This document shows positions 46,827 to 59,296 of a stretch of DNA of 64,000 bases, piece after piece. The stretch is from an uncultured Acidobacteriota bacterium (GTDB lineage Bacteria; Acidobacteriota; Vicinamibacteria; Vicinamibacterales; 2-12-FULL-66-21). Within the stretch, counting starts at the first letter, position 1. Every line of letters begins with the position of its first letter. The DNA is taken from NCBI GenBank assembly GCA_963847125.1, contig CAWJYM010000004.1, positions 3,309,663 through 3,373,662 of the forward strand. Reading direction: 5' to 3'. The notes under the pieces are model-generated. The model was given only the letters and a program-made list of their open reading frames with translations. It was not told where the DNA came from and did not search any database. The translations under genes and the position numbers were made by a program.

Positions 46827-48140
46827 GTGCCCGAACAGGCGCGCTCGGACGCGGCTCGAGTCGTGAATCGATGGCTGCAACTCACGGCCTGCGTGATCGC
46901 CATGGCCGCGATCGCGAACCTGCAGTACGCCTGGACGCTGTTCACGATCCCGTTGACGGAGAGCCTCAAGGCCACCCTGTCGGCGGTCCAGCTTACGTTT
47001 ACGATTTTCATCCTCGCGGAGACCTGGCTCGTGCCGGTCGAGGGCTATCTCATCGACAAGCTGGGCCCGCGAAGCGTCGTGACCGTCGGTGGCGTGCTCG
47101 TCGGCCTCGGCTGGATCGGATCGGGCTTCGCGCAGACGCTCGGCGGACTCTACTTCTGGTACGTCCTCGGAGGAATCGGCGCGGGCGCGGTCTACGGCGC
47201 CTCGATCGGCACCGCCTTGAAGTGGTTTCCCGACCGTCGGGGCCTCGCGGCCGGTCTGGCCGCGGGCGCCTATGGGTTCGGCACGGCCCTCACGATCCTG
47301 CCCATCCAGCGGATGATCGAGACGAGCGGCTACCGCTCTGCGTTCATCGTCTGGGGTGTCATCCAGGGCGTCATCGTCATCGTGATGGCGCAGTTCATGA
47401 GAAAGCCTCGACCTGATTGGAAGCCGTCGGGATGGGTACCGGCGGCGACGGCGGCTGTCGTGCAGTCGCGCGTGAGCAAGACGCCGCTTCAGATGATCAG
47501 TACGCCCACCTTCTGGCTGATGTACCTCATGATGACGCTGGTGGCCTTCGGCGGGCTGATGGTGACGGCGCAGCTCAGGCCGATTGCCCGGGACTACGGG
47601 ATGGACAAGACCATCGTCATGTGGGGTGTCAGTGCGCTCGGCCTGGCGCTCATCCTTGACCGCATCCTGAACGGGATTACCCGACCCTTCTGGGGGTGGG
47701 TCTCGGATCACATCGGGCGGTACACCACGATGGGTATCGCGTTCACCCTCGAGGCGATTGCGATCCTGACGCTCATCCAGTTCATCGATCGCCCATTGCT
47801 GTTCGTGGTCCTTTCGGGGTTCGTGTTCTTTGCGTGGGGCGAGATCTACTCGCTCTTCCCGGCGGCCATCGGCGATGTGTTCGGACCGAACTACGCCACG
47901 ACGAACTACGGAATCCAGTACACCGCGAAGGGCACGGCGTCGATCTTCGCCGGATGGGGAGCGGCGTGGCTGGTGGAGACCTACGGGTCCTGGCCTCCCG
48001 TCTTCTGGGTCGCGGTGGCGTGCGACCTGCTCGCCGCGGCGCTGGCGTTCTTCTGGCTTCGCCCTCTCGCGGCGCGTCTCACACAGGCATCAGTCGGCGT
48101 CGCCGACCGGCCACTACGAGCGCCTGCCGCCGCTTCGTAG
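46827..48140 (+). CDS. MFS transporter, oxalate/formate antiporter (OFA)-like
   Basis: GTG 46827 is preceded by GGAGG. It has 12 TM-like segments and OFA-like N-terminal blocks (NLQYAWTLF, LAETWLVPVEGYLIDKLGPR). Confidence 0.85.
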   Translation: MPEQARSDAARVVNRWLQLTACVIAMAAIANLQYAWTLFTIPLTESLKATLSAVQLTFTIFILAETWLVPVEGYLIDKLGPRSVVTVGGVLVGLGWIGSGFAQTLGGLYFWYVLGGIGAGAVYGASIGTALKWFPDRRGLAAGLAAGAYGFGTALTILPIQRMIETSGYRSAFIVWGVIQGVIVIVMAQFMRKPRPDWKPSGWVPAATAAVVQSRVSKTPLQMISTPTFWLMYLMMTLVAFGGLMVTAQLRPIARDYGMDKTIVMWGVSALGLALILDRILNGITRPFWGWVSDHIGRYTTMGIAFTLEAIAILTLIQFIDRPLLFVVLSGFVFFAWGEIYSLFPAAIGDVFGPNYATTNYGIQYTAKGTASIFAGWGAAWLVETYGSWPPVFWVAVACDLLAAALAFFWLRPLAARLTQASVGVADRPLRAPAAAS

Positions 48141-48151
48141 CCGCCTCGACG

Positions 48152-48469
48152 TCAATCGTCGAGGTTCTCGCGAAACACCGGCTGAGCGGGGTCGAGCTGG
48201 CCGGCTGCCACGTCGGCCAGGAGGCATCCGTATTCCGCGGAGGCATCGTCGAGCGATCGATGCCCGCGCTCCCATTGGATGGCGCCGCTCGACGCGTAGA
48301 TCAGCGTGAAGTAGCGGCCGGACGCGTGCTGCATTTCGAGGACCCGGCTGGGGACCTCCGGATCGCCCTCCTGTCCGAACATGTCCATCAGCGCCACGGT
48401 CCATTCGCGGCCCTTTGGATCTCGAACCACCTGACGCTTCAGGTAGTCCCAGTTGTCCATATTCCACAT
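48152..48469 (-). CDS. Hypothetical protein (105 aa), last gene of the Cdc48/OFOR operon
   Basis: The ORF has good third-position G+C and starts 11 nt after the receiver gene stop. I recognise no motif. Confidence 0.5.
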   Translation of the reverse strand: MWNMDNWDYLKRQVVRDPKGREWTVALMDMFGQEGDPEVPSRVLEMQHASGRYFTLIYASSGAIQWERGHRSLDDASAEYGCLLADVAAGQLDPAQPVFRENLDD

Positions 48470-48480
48470 TGCGTAACGGC

Positions 48481-48861
48481 CTAAGGCCCCGTTTCGGGCT
48501 CGAACAGCTGCTCGAGCGCAGCCGCGACTTGAGATCCGGTGAATGGCTTCGGAACGAGGCGCACGTGGCGCGCCTGTCGGGCACGCAGACTCTTTACCGC
48601 TTCATCCGGCGTGTCGCTGATGATGACGACGGGCAGCGTCGAGTGTTCTTCCGCGTCGCGCACCATGTCGAACAGCGACTCGCTCATGTCGAAGATCGAG
48701 CAGTCGATGACGACGGCCGCGGCCTGATCCTGCGCGATGAGCTCGTTGATGGAGGAGGTGTACCCGGAAACGGAGACCTCGTACCCATGATCCCGCAGCG
48801 AGAAGCTCAGGAGCTCGGCGATCTCCGGCGTGTCGTCGACGAGAAGCACCTTTCGAGGCAT
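48481..48861 (-). CDS. Stand-alone CheY-like response-regulator receiver
   Basis: It starts at MPRKVLLVDD, with the acceptor region AAVVIDCSI and the conserved VPKPF. It is 126 aa. Confidence 0.85.
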   Translation of the reverse strand: MPRKVLLVDDTPEIAELLSFSLRDHGYEVSVSGYTSSINELIAQDQAAAVVIDCSIFDMSESLFDMVRDAEEHSTLPVVIISDTPDEAVKSLRARQARHVRLVPKPFTGSQVAAALEQLFEPETGP

Positions 48862-49244
48862 GTGTGGCACGCGGCAGCCTCGTTGCAGCTGCCGGGAAGC
48901 CGCTTCTTCTTGCCTTCGGCAGGCTGCAGGTCGAGCACCCACACGCGGCCGCCGGCGGTGTAGGAGGCGCGGTCGTCGCTTTCGATGACGGCGCCCCAGG
49001 CTTCCAGCGTGCGCATCACGAACGTATAACCCTCGAAGTTGTCCTTGACGTGCTGGAACACCTCGTTGGTGTGCCAGTTGCTTGTGAGCAGCCCGTCGCC
49101 GGCGTGCACGCGGACGACGGTGTAGTACTTGTCATGGCGCGCATCGGCCCGCACGTCGCGTGTCGATCCGCGCTTCTTCCCTTCGCTGACGATGTAGCTT
49201 TCCTCCGGCGGAGGAGGAGCGGCGTCGTGTGCGCCCTCTGCCAT
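48807..49244 (-). CDS. Hypothetical protein (about 145 aa); 3' end uncertain
   Basis: ATG 49244 lies 2 nt after the porB stop (TAAccATG). The ORF runs 55 nt into the receiver gene, so the true stop may be masked by a further indel. Confidence 0.45.
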   Translation of the reverse strand: MAEGAHDAAPPPPEESYIVSEGKKRGSTRDVRADARHDKYYTVVRVHAGDGLLTSNWHTNEVFQHVKDNFEGYTFVMRTLEAWGAVIESDDRASYTAGGRVWVLDLQPAEGKKKRLPGSCNEAAACHTCLERCFSSTTRRRSPSS

Positions 49245-49246
49245 GG

Positions 49247-51561
<2,315 letters not shown>

Positions 51562-51562
<1 letters not shown>

Positions 51563-53398
51563 CACTCGATGTCCTTCGCCGGGCGCTGAGGCAGCGCCTT
51601 CAGCTCGTCTGCCTGCCGGCCGTGCAGCCCCGGGGTAATCGCGAATGCGGTGTCCATGCGAACGACGCCGGTATCGAAGTCGAGCTCGGGCACGCCCTCC
51701 AGGCAGCCGGTCGGACATTCCTCGATGCAGACCCGGCACCCTTTGCAGTAGTCGACCAGAATCTTGTAGAGGCCGTTCGAGCGATCCAATCGGACGATGC
51801 ACGGCTCGGGACAGACGAGATAGCAGTTGTCGCAGGCGTTGCAGGTGCCGCAACTGAAGCACCGGTTCGCCTCTTCGACCGCCTGCTCTTCGGTGAACGC
51901 CAGGATGACCTCGTCCTGCGTGCGGCGTCTCGAGGCGGGCGCGAGCATGTCCTGCTTCACACGCGGGAACTGCGGGAAGTAGGTCATGTTCATGCGATTC
52001 AGATCGACGATCACGTCCACCGCTTTGGGCTGATGCCGCAGCGGAAGGCCGCGAAGAACCTTGTCGACGTTGAAGGCCACGCGCTTGCCGTCACCGACGG
52101 CGTTGACGACCATCAGCGGCTGTCCCGTCCCGAGCTGGACGACGTCGCCGGCGGCGAAGAAGGTCGTGTCGCCGAGACGCCCGAACTCGTCGATCCTGAT
52201 CGTGTTGCGATCGGTCTTGAACTCGGCCGGCAGCCAGCCGAGCGCCGCGTGCTGGCCGACGGCGATGATGACGGTGTCGGCGGCGAACCGTTCCGGCGGC
52301 GCCTGACGGTCGATCGTGATGGCTGACGCGTTGATCGCGCCTGAGAAGCGGGCGGGCCGCAGCTCCAGCGACTCGAGGCGGCCGTTTCCGGCGACCGCCG
52401 TCATCGCCCGACCGTGCAGCAGCTCGACGCCTTCCTCGAGCATGTCGTGCAGGTCCTCGGGCACGCAGGGCATGTCCTTCGTGTTCGCCTCGACGGTGAT
52501 CATCGTCACCTCGAGCGCGCCCTGACGCAGCGCCTCGCGCGCGCAGTCGATGGCGGTGTTGCCGCCGCCGATGACCGCCACGCGCGCGCCGAGCTTCGAC
52601 CTGCGACGTCCCCATGCCGATGTCGCGGAGGAACGGCAGGCCGTAGAGCACGCCCGGCTTGTCTTCGCCCTCGGCGCGCACGCGGTTCGGCTCGGTGAGC
52701 CCGACGGCGAGGACGCACGCGTCGTAGTCGCGCTTCAAGTCGTCCCACGCGACGTCCTTGCCGACCTCGGTGTTCGTCTTGATCGTGATCCCCAGCTCGC
52801 GCAGGCGGTCGATCTCGCGGTCGAGCACGTCCTGCGGCAGGACCCAGTCGGGAATGCCGCCGCGGTTCAGACCGCCTGGCTTCGGCGACTTCTCCAGAAT
52901 CGTCACCGCGTAGCCCAGGCGCGCGAGCTGATAGGCGGCGCTGTGCCCGGCGGGACCCGAGCCGACCACGGCGACTTTCTTGCCGTTCGGCGGCCCGGCC
53001 CGGACGACGTCGCGCGGCAAGGCCAGACCGAGATCGCCGAGGAACCGCTCGACGGCGCGAATCGAGATCGCCTCGTCGTACTGCCCGCGGTTGCAGGCCT
53101 GCTCGCACGGGTGGTAGCAGACACGGCCGGTGACCGACGGAAACGGCATGTCTTCCTTGATCAGCGCGTAGGCGTCGAGGTACTTGCCGCGCTTGACCAG
53201 GTCGAGATACCCCTGGATCTTCTCGTTGGTTCCGCAGGCGTTGTTGCAGGGCGGCATCTTGTCGCGATACACGGGCCGGATCGCGCGCCAGTTGCCGGTC
53301 GGAAACAGATCCTGGCCCTTCTCCTGCGTCGGCGCCGGCGTGATGCCGGCAAACGGAACCTTCAGCCAGTCTGGAATGTGGGTGCCCTTGGTCGACAT
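51562..53398 (-). pseudogene. GltD-like NAD(P)H flavoprotein fused to a 2x[4Fe-4S] ferredoxin (OFOR delta-like) domain, with one apparent +1 frameshift (~52594-52606)
   Basis: The upstream piece reads MSTKGTH...CNNACGTNEKIQGY...VAVVGSGPAGHSAAYQLARLG...LRDIGMGTSQ. The downstream piece reads SKLGARVAVIGGGNTAIDCAR...CFSCGTCNACDNCYLVCP...YCKGCRVCIEECP. Confidence 0.8.
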
Positions 53399-54060
53399 CA
53401 GTTCCCCGCGCTCGTGACGGCCGACGCGTTCAGCGTCAGCACCTGCAACGCGTCCCAGCCCGCCCGGAACGCCGCCTGGTTCGAAATCATCGGTTCGATG
53501 TTGTCGCGGTTGACGATGCCTGTCGTCTTGACCACCGCGGCGATGAGCGGCGCCGCGATGTCTGGCGCGATCGCCTTGCTCCGCTCGGCCGCGCCTTCGG
53601 TCGAGAGGCGATCGAGGCCCAGCTCGCCGAGCCGATAGTACAGCCATTTGTGATCGGCCAGCTTCGCCGCATCCACGCAGACGAGCTGCGCCAGCCGCTC
53701 GGGGCCCGGCACGAAGCGCAACATGTAGTCGGGCGCGTAGTGCGTGTTGATCACGAGCGTCCCGCCCGGCGGCATGCCGCGCATGTAGTCCCATCCCTTC
53801 ACCATCGTCCCCTCGACGAGGACCACGACGTTGGGATGCTCGTTCTCGTAGGTCAGCGCGTGCTCGATCTCCGAGTCGCTGAGCCGGCAGTACTTCCGCG
53901 TCGGCGCATTGGTCCGATCGGGGTTGTCGACGTAGTTCTCCATCGCCTGCGTGAACTTGCCCTCCTTGCGGCCCGCCATCGCGACGGAGTTCACGATGTC
54001 GCGTCCTTCCTTGTCCATGATGATGCCGCGGGTCCAGACGGTCAGCTCGACATAACTCAT
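53398..54060 (-). CDS. 2-oxoacid:ferredoxin oxidoreductase gamma-like subunit (divergent)
   Basis: The 220-aa layout resembles POR gamma (N-terminal nucleotide-like loop region, VVVLVEGTM...GGTLVINT). It lacks a canonical GRGGQG. It is tightly coupled: ATGA with the upstream stop and TGATG with the next start. Confidence 0.6.
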   Translation of the reverse strand: MSYVELTVWTRGIIMDKEGRDIVNSVAMAGRKEGKFTQAMENYVDNPDRTNAPTRKYCRLSDSEIEHALTYENEHPNVVVLVEGTMVKGWDYMRGMPPGGTLVINTHYAPDYMLRFVPGPERLAQLVCVDAAKLADHKWLYYRLGELGLDRLSTEGAAERSKAIAPDIAAPLIAAVVKTTGIVNRDNIEPMISNQAAFRAGWDALQVLTLNASAVTSAGN

Positions 54061-56235
54061 GACGGATCCTTCGCCTCTTCGTTCGGGGCGATGAAATCGC
54101 TCCAGCGGACCTCGAGACGCTTGTCGCTTCCCTGCCCGTGACAGCGATCGATCGCGACGAGCATCGCCTTCTTGCACAGGCTCTCGATATCGGCGCCCGT
54201 CCGCCCCTCGGTGCGGCGGGCCAGCTCCGCGAGATCGACGTCCGCCGCCAGCGGCGCCCGGCGACAGTAGAACCGGGCGATGGCTTCGCGCGCCGCGGCA
54301 TCGGGTTCCGGGAAGTTCACCACGTAGTCGAAGCGCCCGCTGCGCATGAGCACCGGATCGACGCGCTCGAGCCGGTTCGTCGCGGCGAGCAATATAACGC
54401 CTTTGACGTCGCCCAAACCGTCGATCTCGCGCACGAGCTGGCTCAGGATTCGCGGGTAGATTCCCGCCGAGGCCTGGTGCTCCGCGGCCGACATCGGTCA
54501 GCCGCGGCGCGAGGGCGTCGATGGTGTCGAAGAACAGGAGGCAGGGCGCCGCCCGGCGCGCCTTCTTGAAGACGCTGCGGAGCGCCTTCTCCGATTCGCC
54601 CAGCCATTTCGAGAAGAGCTGCGGGCCGTCGACGGCAATGAGCGGCAGACCCGTCTCGCCCGACAGCGCCCGCGCCATCGTCGTCTTTCCGGTTCCGGAG
54701 CGTCCCGTGAAGAGGATGCCGCGCGGCGTCGTCAAACCAACCTGCTCGTACACGTCGTCATGCACGTGGCCGTGCTCGACGATGGCGCGCAAGAGCCGCT
54801 TGATCTCGTCGAGTCCGCCCACGGCGTCGAAGCGGATGGCGCTTTTCTCGAGCAGGAATTCGCGCGTGGCGCTGGGCTCCACTTCCTTCAGCCCCTGAAG
54901 GAAGTCCTCCGCCGTCACGACCAGGGCGCCGAGCTCCGCGCGGTCGGCATCGCCGGCGCGGCTCGAGCTGGTCGACAGAAAGCGCCGGAGCGCGATGATG
55001 CCGACTTCCTGGCAGAGCGCCTCCAGGTCGGCGCCGACGAAGCCGTGCGTGTGCTCCGCGATCTCCTCGAGCCTGACGTCCGGGGCCAGCGGCATGGCGC
55101 GCGTGTGGATCCGGAGGATCTGGAGCCGGCCGGCCGCGTTCGGCACGCCGATCTCGATCTCGCGATCGAAGCGGCCCGGTCGCCGCAGCGCGGGATCGAG
55201 CACTTCGGGGATGTTCGTGGCCCCGATGACGATCACCTGGCCGCGGGCGACGAACCCGTCCATCAGGCCCAGCAGCTGCGCGACGACGCGCTTTTCGACT
55301 TCGCCGACGACCTCGGCGCGCTTCGGCGCGACGGCGTCGATTTCGTCGATGAAGATGATCGCGGGCGCGGAGCGCGCGGCCTCCTCGAAGACTTCGCGGA
55401 GCCGCGCTTCGCTCTCGCCGTAGAACTTGCGCATGATCTCCGGTCCGTTCAAATGGATGAAGTGGACGCGGCTTTCGGCCGCCACCGCGCGAGCCAGGAG
55501 CGTCTTGCCCGTCCCCGGAGGCCCGTGCAGCAACACGCCCTTGGGCGGCAGGATGCCGAGCCGCTCGAAGATGCGGACGTTTTTGAGGGGCAGCTCGATG
55601 ATCTCGCGCACGCGCGCGAGCTCCCGCTCGAGGCCGCCGACGTCTTCGTACGAGATGCCCGGCGCCTGCGCCGTGGATTGATCGCCTTCGACGACGCGCA
55701 GATCGGTGCGCCGATCGATGAGGACCGGACCGGACGGAATCGTGCGCTTCACCTGGAAGTTCACGGCCTTGGCGAACGTCGGCACGCGGACGATCGCGCC
55801 GGTGATGACGGGGACGCCGCGCAGATCCTCGAGGATCCGCTCCGGGCTGATCGCCGTCGGCGTCGATCCGCCGACGCTCGCGAGCCGGACCGAGACCGCG
55901 GCGCCGTGCTCGACGCGGGTGACCGACACGAGCTCCTGGAGGCCGGCGCCGCCGTTGCCGCGCACGGTGCCGTCAATCTGGATCGTCCCCGGTTCCGCGG
56001 GCGCCTGGAGCTCCGCGCGCGCGACCGCGACCAGCCGCCCCGTGATCTGGAGCACGTCGCCCGGCCGCGCGCCTATCCGGACGAGATCCGGCGCGGCGAG
56101 ACGGGCCACGGCCCGGCCGACGTCGTCGACGTGGGCTTCGGTCACGCGCAGCGTGACATTCGCCCCGAACAGCGTGGCGCCTTCGTTCTTCGGAAGCTCA
56201 GGGATGAGCCCGTCGGGAGGGGGGAACGCGGTCAT
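54057..56235 (-). pseudogene. Cdc48/VAT-type double-ring AAA+ ATPase with one apparent +1 frameshift in D2 (~54489-54503)
   Basis: An N-domain is followed by D1 ([55 protein letters not shown]). D2 reads FTGRSGTGKTTMARAL, LLFFDTIDALAPR, and then, after the frame break, SAAEHQASAGIYPRILSQLVREIDGL...LAATNRLERVDPVLMRSGRFDY. Confidence 0.85.
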
Positions 56236-56633
56236 GCCTGTGAATCGACCGATTTCGAGGAGGGCGCGCCGAACGTTCTCTCGAGCTGTTGCGCGAACGC
56301 GGTCAGCGTCGCGGTCTGCTTCCGCCGAATCTCGGCGCGCTCCGGCGTCTCTCCGGCGGTCGCGTCGGCCGGTACCACGGTGATGCGCACGAGGCCGTCG
56401 CCACCGTCGGCGAGCGAGACCGTCCCGAGGTTGGTGTGCTCGATGGCCCAGCCGTCGCTCTTCATCGAGGTCACGGCCATGCGCAACGTCCCTGCCTCGC
56501 TTTCCCAGGGCACTACGAGCGCGCTGACGACGCGGCGCTCGGAGGCATAGGCCTCGATGGCGGCCGCCACGGCGCGGGCGGGGCCGGCTGCCGTGAACTC
56601 GACGATCGCCGAGGGCGTGTCCGGGCTGGGCAT
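56232..56633 (-). CDS. Hypothetical protein (133 aa), first gene of the Cdc48/OFOR operon
   Basis: It starts at ATG 56633 (MPSPDTPSAIVEF...). Its stop forms an ATGA overlap with the Cdc48-like start. I recognise no motif. Confidence 0.5.
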   Translation of the reverse strand: MPSPDTPSAIVEFTAAGPARAVAAAIEAYASERRVVSALVVPWESEAGTLRMAVTSMKSDGWAIEHTNLGTVSLADGGDGLVRITVVPADATAGETPERAEIRRKQTATLTAFAQQLERTFGAPSSKSVDSQA

Positions 56634-56680
56634 GACGTCAGCGTCTGAGCCGCGGGGGCCTGAAGTGGTACACTGACTCG

Positions 56681-57487
56681 GTGGTCCGACCAGTGAGGCC
56701 CAGTCTGGCATCGTTGAAACGACCCGTCAAGAACGCGGGCCACGCCGTCGACACCGCCGAGGATCTGCAGGGTCTCACGCCGATCCCGCGCACGCGGGTT
56801 CCGGACGAGATCGCGAACCGGATTCGGACGCTCATCGTCGACGGCACGTTCACACCGGATCACCCCCTGCCCTCCGAGCGCGCGCTCGCCCAACGGATGC
56901 GCGTCAGCCGCGGCTCGGTCCGCGACGCCATCCGGCGGCTCGAGGTCGTGGGCCTGCTCGAAGCGCGGCACGGCCAGGGCACCTTCCTGCGCGAGCTCTC
57001 CGTCGACAATCTCGTGACGCCGATGGCGTCCGTGATGACCTTCAACCGGACGCGGCAGGCGGACTTGATGGACGTGCGCCGGATGTTCGAACCGGCGGTG
57101 GCTGGCATGGCGGCCACCCGCGCGACGGCCTCCGACCTCCAGGAGATCGAGCGGATCCTCGAGGCGCAGCGCCGCAAGGTACAATCGGGCAGGCCGACCA
57201 TCGACGAGGACACGGCCTTTCATACCGCGGTGGCCCGGGCGACGCACAACCCGGTGATCGTCGGAATCATGGAAACGCTCAACGATCTCCTGGTCGAGTC
57301 TCGCGCGCGGACGTTGCAGCGGCGCGGGCGTCCCCTGCGCTCCTTGCGCGGACATGCCGCGGTCGTCCAGGCCCTCCGCCGTCAGGACGCGAGCCGGGCG
57401 GCGGCCGCGATGCGCACCCACATCGATCAGATCGCCGCGCTGCTCGACGAGCTGCCTGACCGCACCGTGCCACGTGGCCGACGATGA
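56681..57487 (+). CDS. GntR-family transcriptional regulator, FadR/FCD subfamily
   Basis: The wHTH is LPSERALAQRMRVSRGSVRDAIRRLEVVGLLEARHGQGTF, followed by an all-helical FCD-like C-terminal domain. It is divergent from the Cdc48/OFOR operon. Confidence 0.85.
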   Translation: MVRPVRPSLASLKRPVKNAGHAVDTAEDLQGLTPIPRTRVPDEIANRIRTLIVDGTFTPDHPLPSERALAQRMRVSRGSVRDAIRRLEVVGLLEARHGQGTFLRELSVDNLVTPMASVMTFNRTRQADLMDVRRMFEPAVAGMAATRATASDLQEIERILEAQRRKVQSGRPTIDEDTAFHTAVARATHNPVIVGIMETLNDLLVESRARTLQRRGRPLRSLRGHAAVVQALRRQDASRAAAAMRTHIDQIAALLDELPDRTVPRGRR

Positions 57488-58265
57488 TGTGATCGCCCGC
57501 ACGGCGGCCATCGACGCGTACCGCCACCGACTCGATCACCTTCAGGCCTGGGGTCGGCATCTTCGCGAGACGCTGGCGAACGCTCCGCAGAGCGCCTCCG
57601 ACTTGCCATCGCTCGACGTCTGGCAGCGTGAGTGCGCCACGACGGTGAGCCAGCTGTCCGGAGGCAGCAAGGCGCACTGGCTCTCACAGGCGTTCAGCAA
57701 CGCACTCCTCGTGCCGGCCGCCGGCGCCGAGTCGGCCAGTGTCGTCGTCATCATCGACCGTCTGCTCGAGGTGCTCGATTCGGCTGGCCGCTCGCTGTCC
57801 GATGCCGAGCTCACCTCCGTCGACGCCCCCTCCCAACCGCCGCCCTCACGCTTCGCGACCATCGAGAACGCCGCGCTTCGCGCCAGCCTCGAACGCGCCT
57901 ATCAGGATGGCGTGGAGGCCTTCGAGCGTGGAGAGTCGGCGCTCGCGCTGACGACCTTCTGCAGCATCCTCGAGACGGTCATTACGTACGCGCTCGAAGC
58001 GCATGGACCCGACCGACTCGCGGCGCTCGAGCCGCCGGAGGGGCCCATCGCCACGTGGTCGTTCGCGACGCGGATCGCGACGGCGGAGCGGGCGGGCCTC
58101 ATCTCGCGCGGGTGCGCCCGCCTCCCCGTCGTTGCCCGCGAGTACCGTGATCGTCTTGACGCGAGCGGCGGATTGATCCCCGGCGACGTCATCTCGTTGC
58201 GCGATGCCCGGCTGGCGAGCGACGTCCTGCACGTCATCCTTCACGATCTTTCACCGGGACGTTGA
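57474..58265 (+). CDS. Hypothetical protein (about 263 aa)
   Basis: The GTG 57474 (or 57489) start overlaps the GntR stop. The protein looks helical and has no recognised family. The longer ORF start (57354) lies inside the GntR gene. Confidence 0.5.
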   Translation: MADDDVIARTAAIDAYRHRLDHLQAWGRHLRETLANAPQSASDLPSLDVWQRECATTVSQLSGGSKAHWLSQAFSNALLVPAAGAESASVVVIIDRLLEVLDSAGRSLSDAELTSVDAPSQPPPSRFATIENAALRASLERAYQDGVEAFERGESALALTTFCSILETVITYALEAHGPDRLAALEPPEGPIATWSFATRIATAERAGLISRGCARLPVVAREYRDRLDASGGLIPGDVISLRDARLASDVLHVILHDLSPGR

Positions 58266-58282
58266 GCGCCCCTTGACCGAAT

Positions 58283-59296
58283 CTAGTCCCTGACGATTCT
58301 TAACCCGGTAGGTGCTGACGGAGCGCCTGACGCCAGGCAGCCGATGTAACTCTTAGCGGCAACCATGTGGTCGAACTTCATGCTGCTCGTGAATCCTGGG
58401 GGATCGTCAGGCGAGTAGTTCTGCAGCCAGATGTAATTGAGCTTGAGATTGACGTTGCTCCGCCAGCGAAGTCCCTCGAACGGAGCACCGTTCGGATTCT
58501 GTGTGAAGTTGCCCCAGGTCCATGAACCGTTCGGAAATCCCTGGCCGACATGACTCACCTTGACACCGTCAATCCAGATCGCGTGCTCGCCATTCGAAGC
58601 GGCGACCGGGTTATTCAGCTTCACCATGTGCTCCACGCACATCCACTGTCCCCTTTTTCCGACCACGTTCGGATTGTTCAATAACGTGTTGCCCCAATAG
58701 TTCCCGTCGGGCGCCGCGCGCATGTTCATCCAATAGTTGTAATGGTCGAACCGTGACGTGGCGTACGATTGCTCCGCGGCCGCCGAGAAGCGATCGTCGC
58801 CGAGCGGCCGGATTCCTGCCTGTGGGTTCGGCCACGGGAGCGGTGGATTGTATCCGCCGATCCAGATGCCCTCGTGATGGTGGTGTCCATCTGTCGGGTA
58901 CTTGATGTAGTAGCGGACATAGATCACGTCGTCGATACCAGGGTTGAGTTGTTTATAAAGATGTCCGCCGTTATTGACGCCGCCGCCGACCCACGGAATG
59001 TTGAGCGAGCGCGCCCCCGGACTTCCCGGCGGCACGTCAGCGTTGAAGGTCATCTTCGAGCCGTTCAGAACGTCGGTCCACCGGCTGAAGAGATCGGTGA
59101 GTGTGTTCTGTTCGAACTTCTCGACGAAGACCACATCAGGGTCGGTCTCGATGCCTGCGTCCCCGGGATAGCGAGCCGCGAGGCCAATTGATCCGGGCTG
59201 TGCTGAGGGCACGCTGACGATTGCAACCGCCGCGATCGTCAGGCCGATCGTGGTGCACGCTCTGCGCAGGCGCGCCGCGGAAAATGTTCGTGTCAC
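58283..59296 (-). CDS. Secreted jelly-roll (concanavalin/LamG-like) protein, possible polysaccharide lyase/glycan-binding protein
   Basis: It has a signal peptide (TTIGLTIAAVAIVSVPSAQP) and an Asn/Gly/Trp-rich beta-type composition. It is visibly more A/T-rich than its neighbours. The function is a guess. Confidence 0.55.
   Translation of the reverse strand: MTRTFSAARLRRACTTIGLTIAAVAIVSVPSAQPGSIGLAARYPGDAGIETDPDVVFVEKFEQNTLTDLFSRWTDVLNGSKMTFNADVPPGSPGARSLNIPWVGGGVNNGGHLYKQLNPGIDDVIYVRYYIKYPTDGHHHHEGIWIGGYNPPLPWPNPQAGIRPLGDDRFSAAAEQSYATSRFDHYNYWMNMRAAPDGNYWGNTLLNNPNVVGKRGQWMCVEHMVKLNNPVAASNGEHAIWIDGVKVSHVGQGFPNGSWTWGNFTQNPNGAPFEGLRWRSNVNLKLNYIWLQNYSPDDPPGFTSSMKFDHMVAAKSYIGCLASGAPSAPTGLRIVRD

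Noticed and set aside
45462-47711. Very long ORFs that are antisense to, or out of frame with, homology-supported genes. Examples are 45462..47711 (-, 749 aa), 43764..45323 (-, 519 aa), 36799..38280 (-, 493 aa), 54760..56550 (+, 596 aa), 59571..60434 (-) and 1955..3091 (-).
   Set aside because: High G+C suppresses stop codons in all frames. These translations are Arg/Pro/Gly/Ala-rich low-complexity strings with no motifs. The overlapping frame on the other strand or frame carries clear family signatures.
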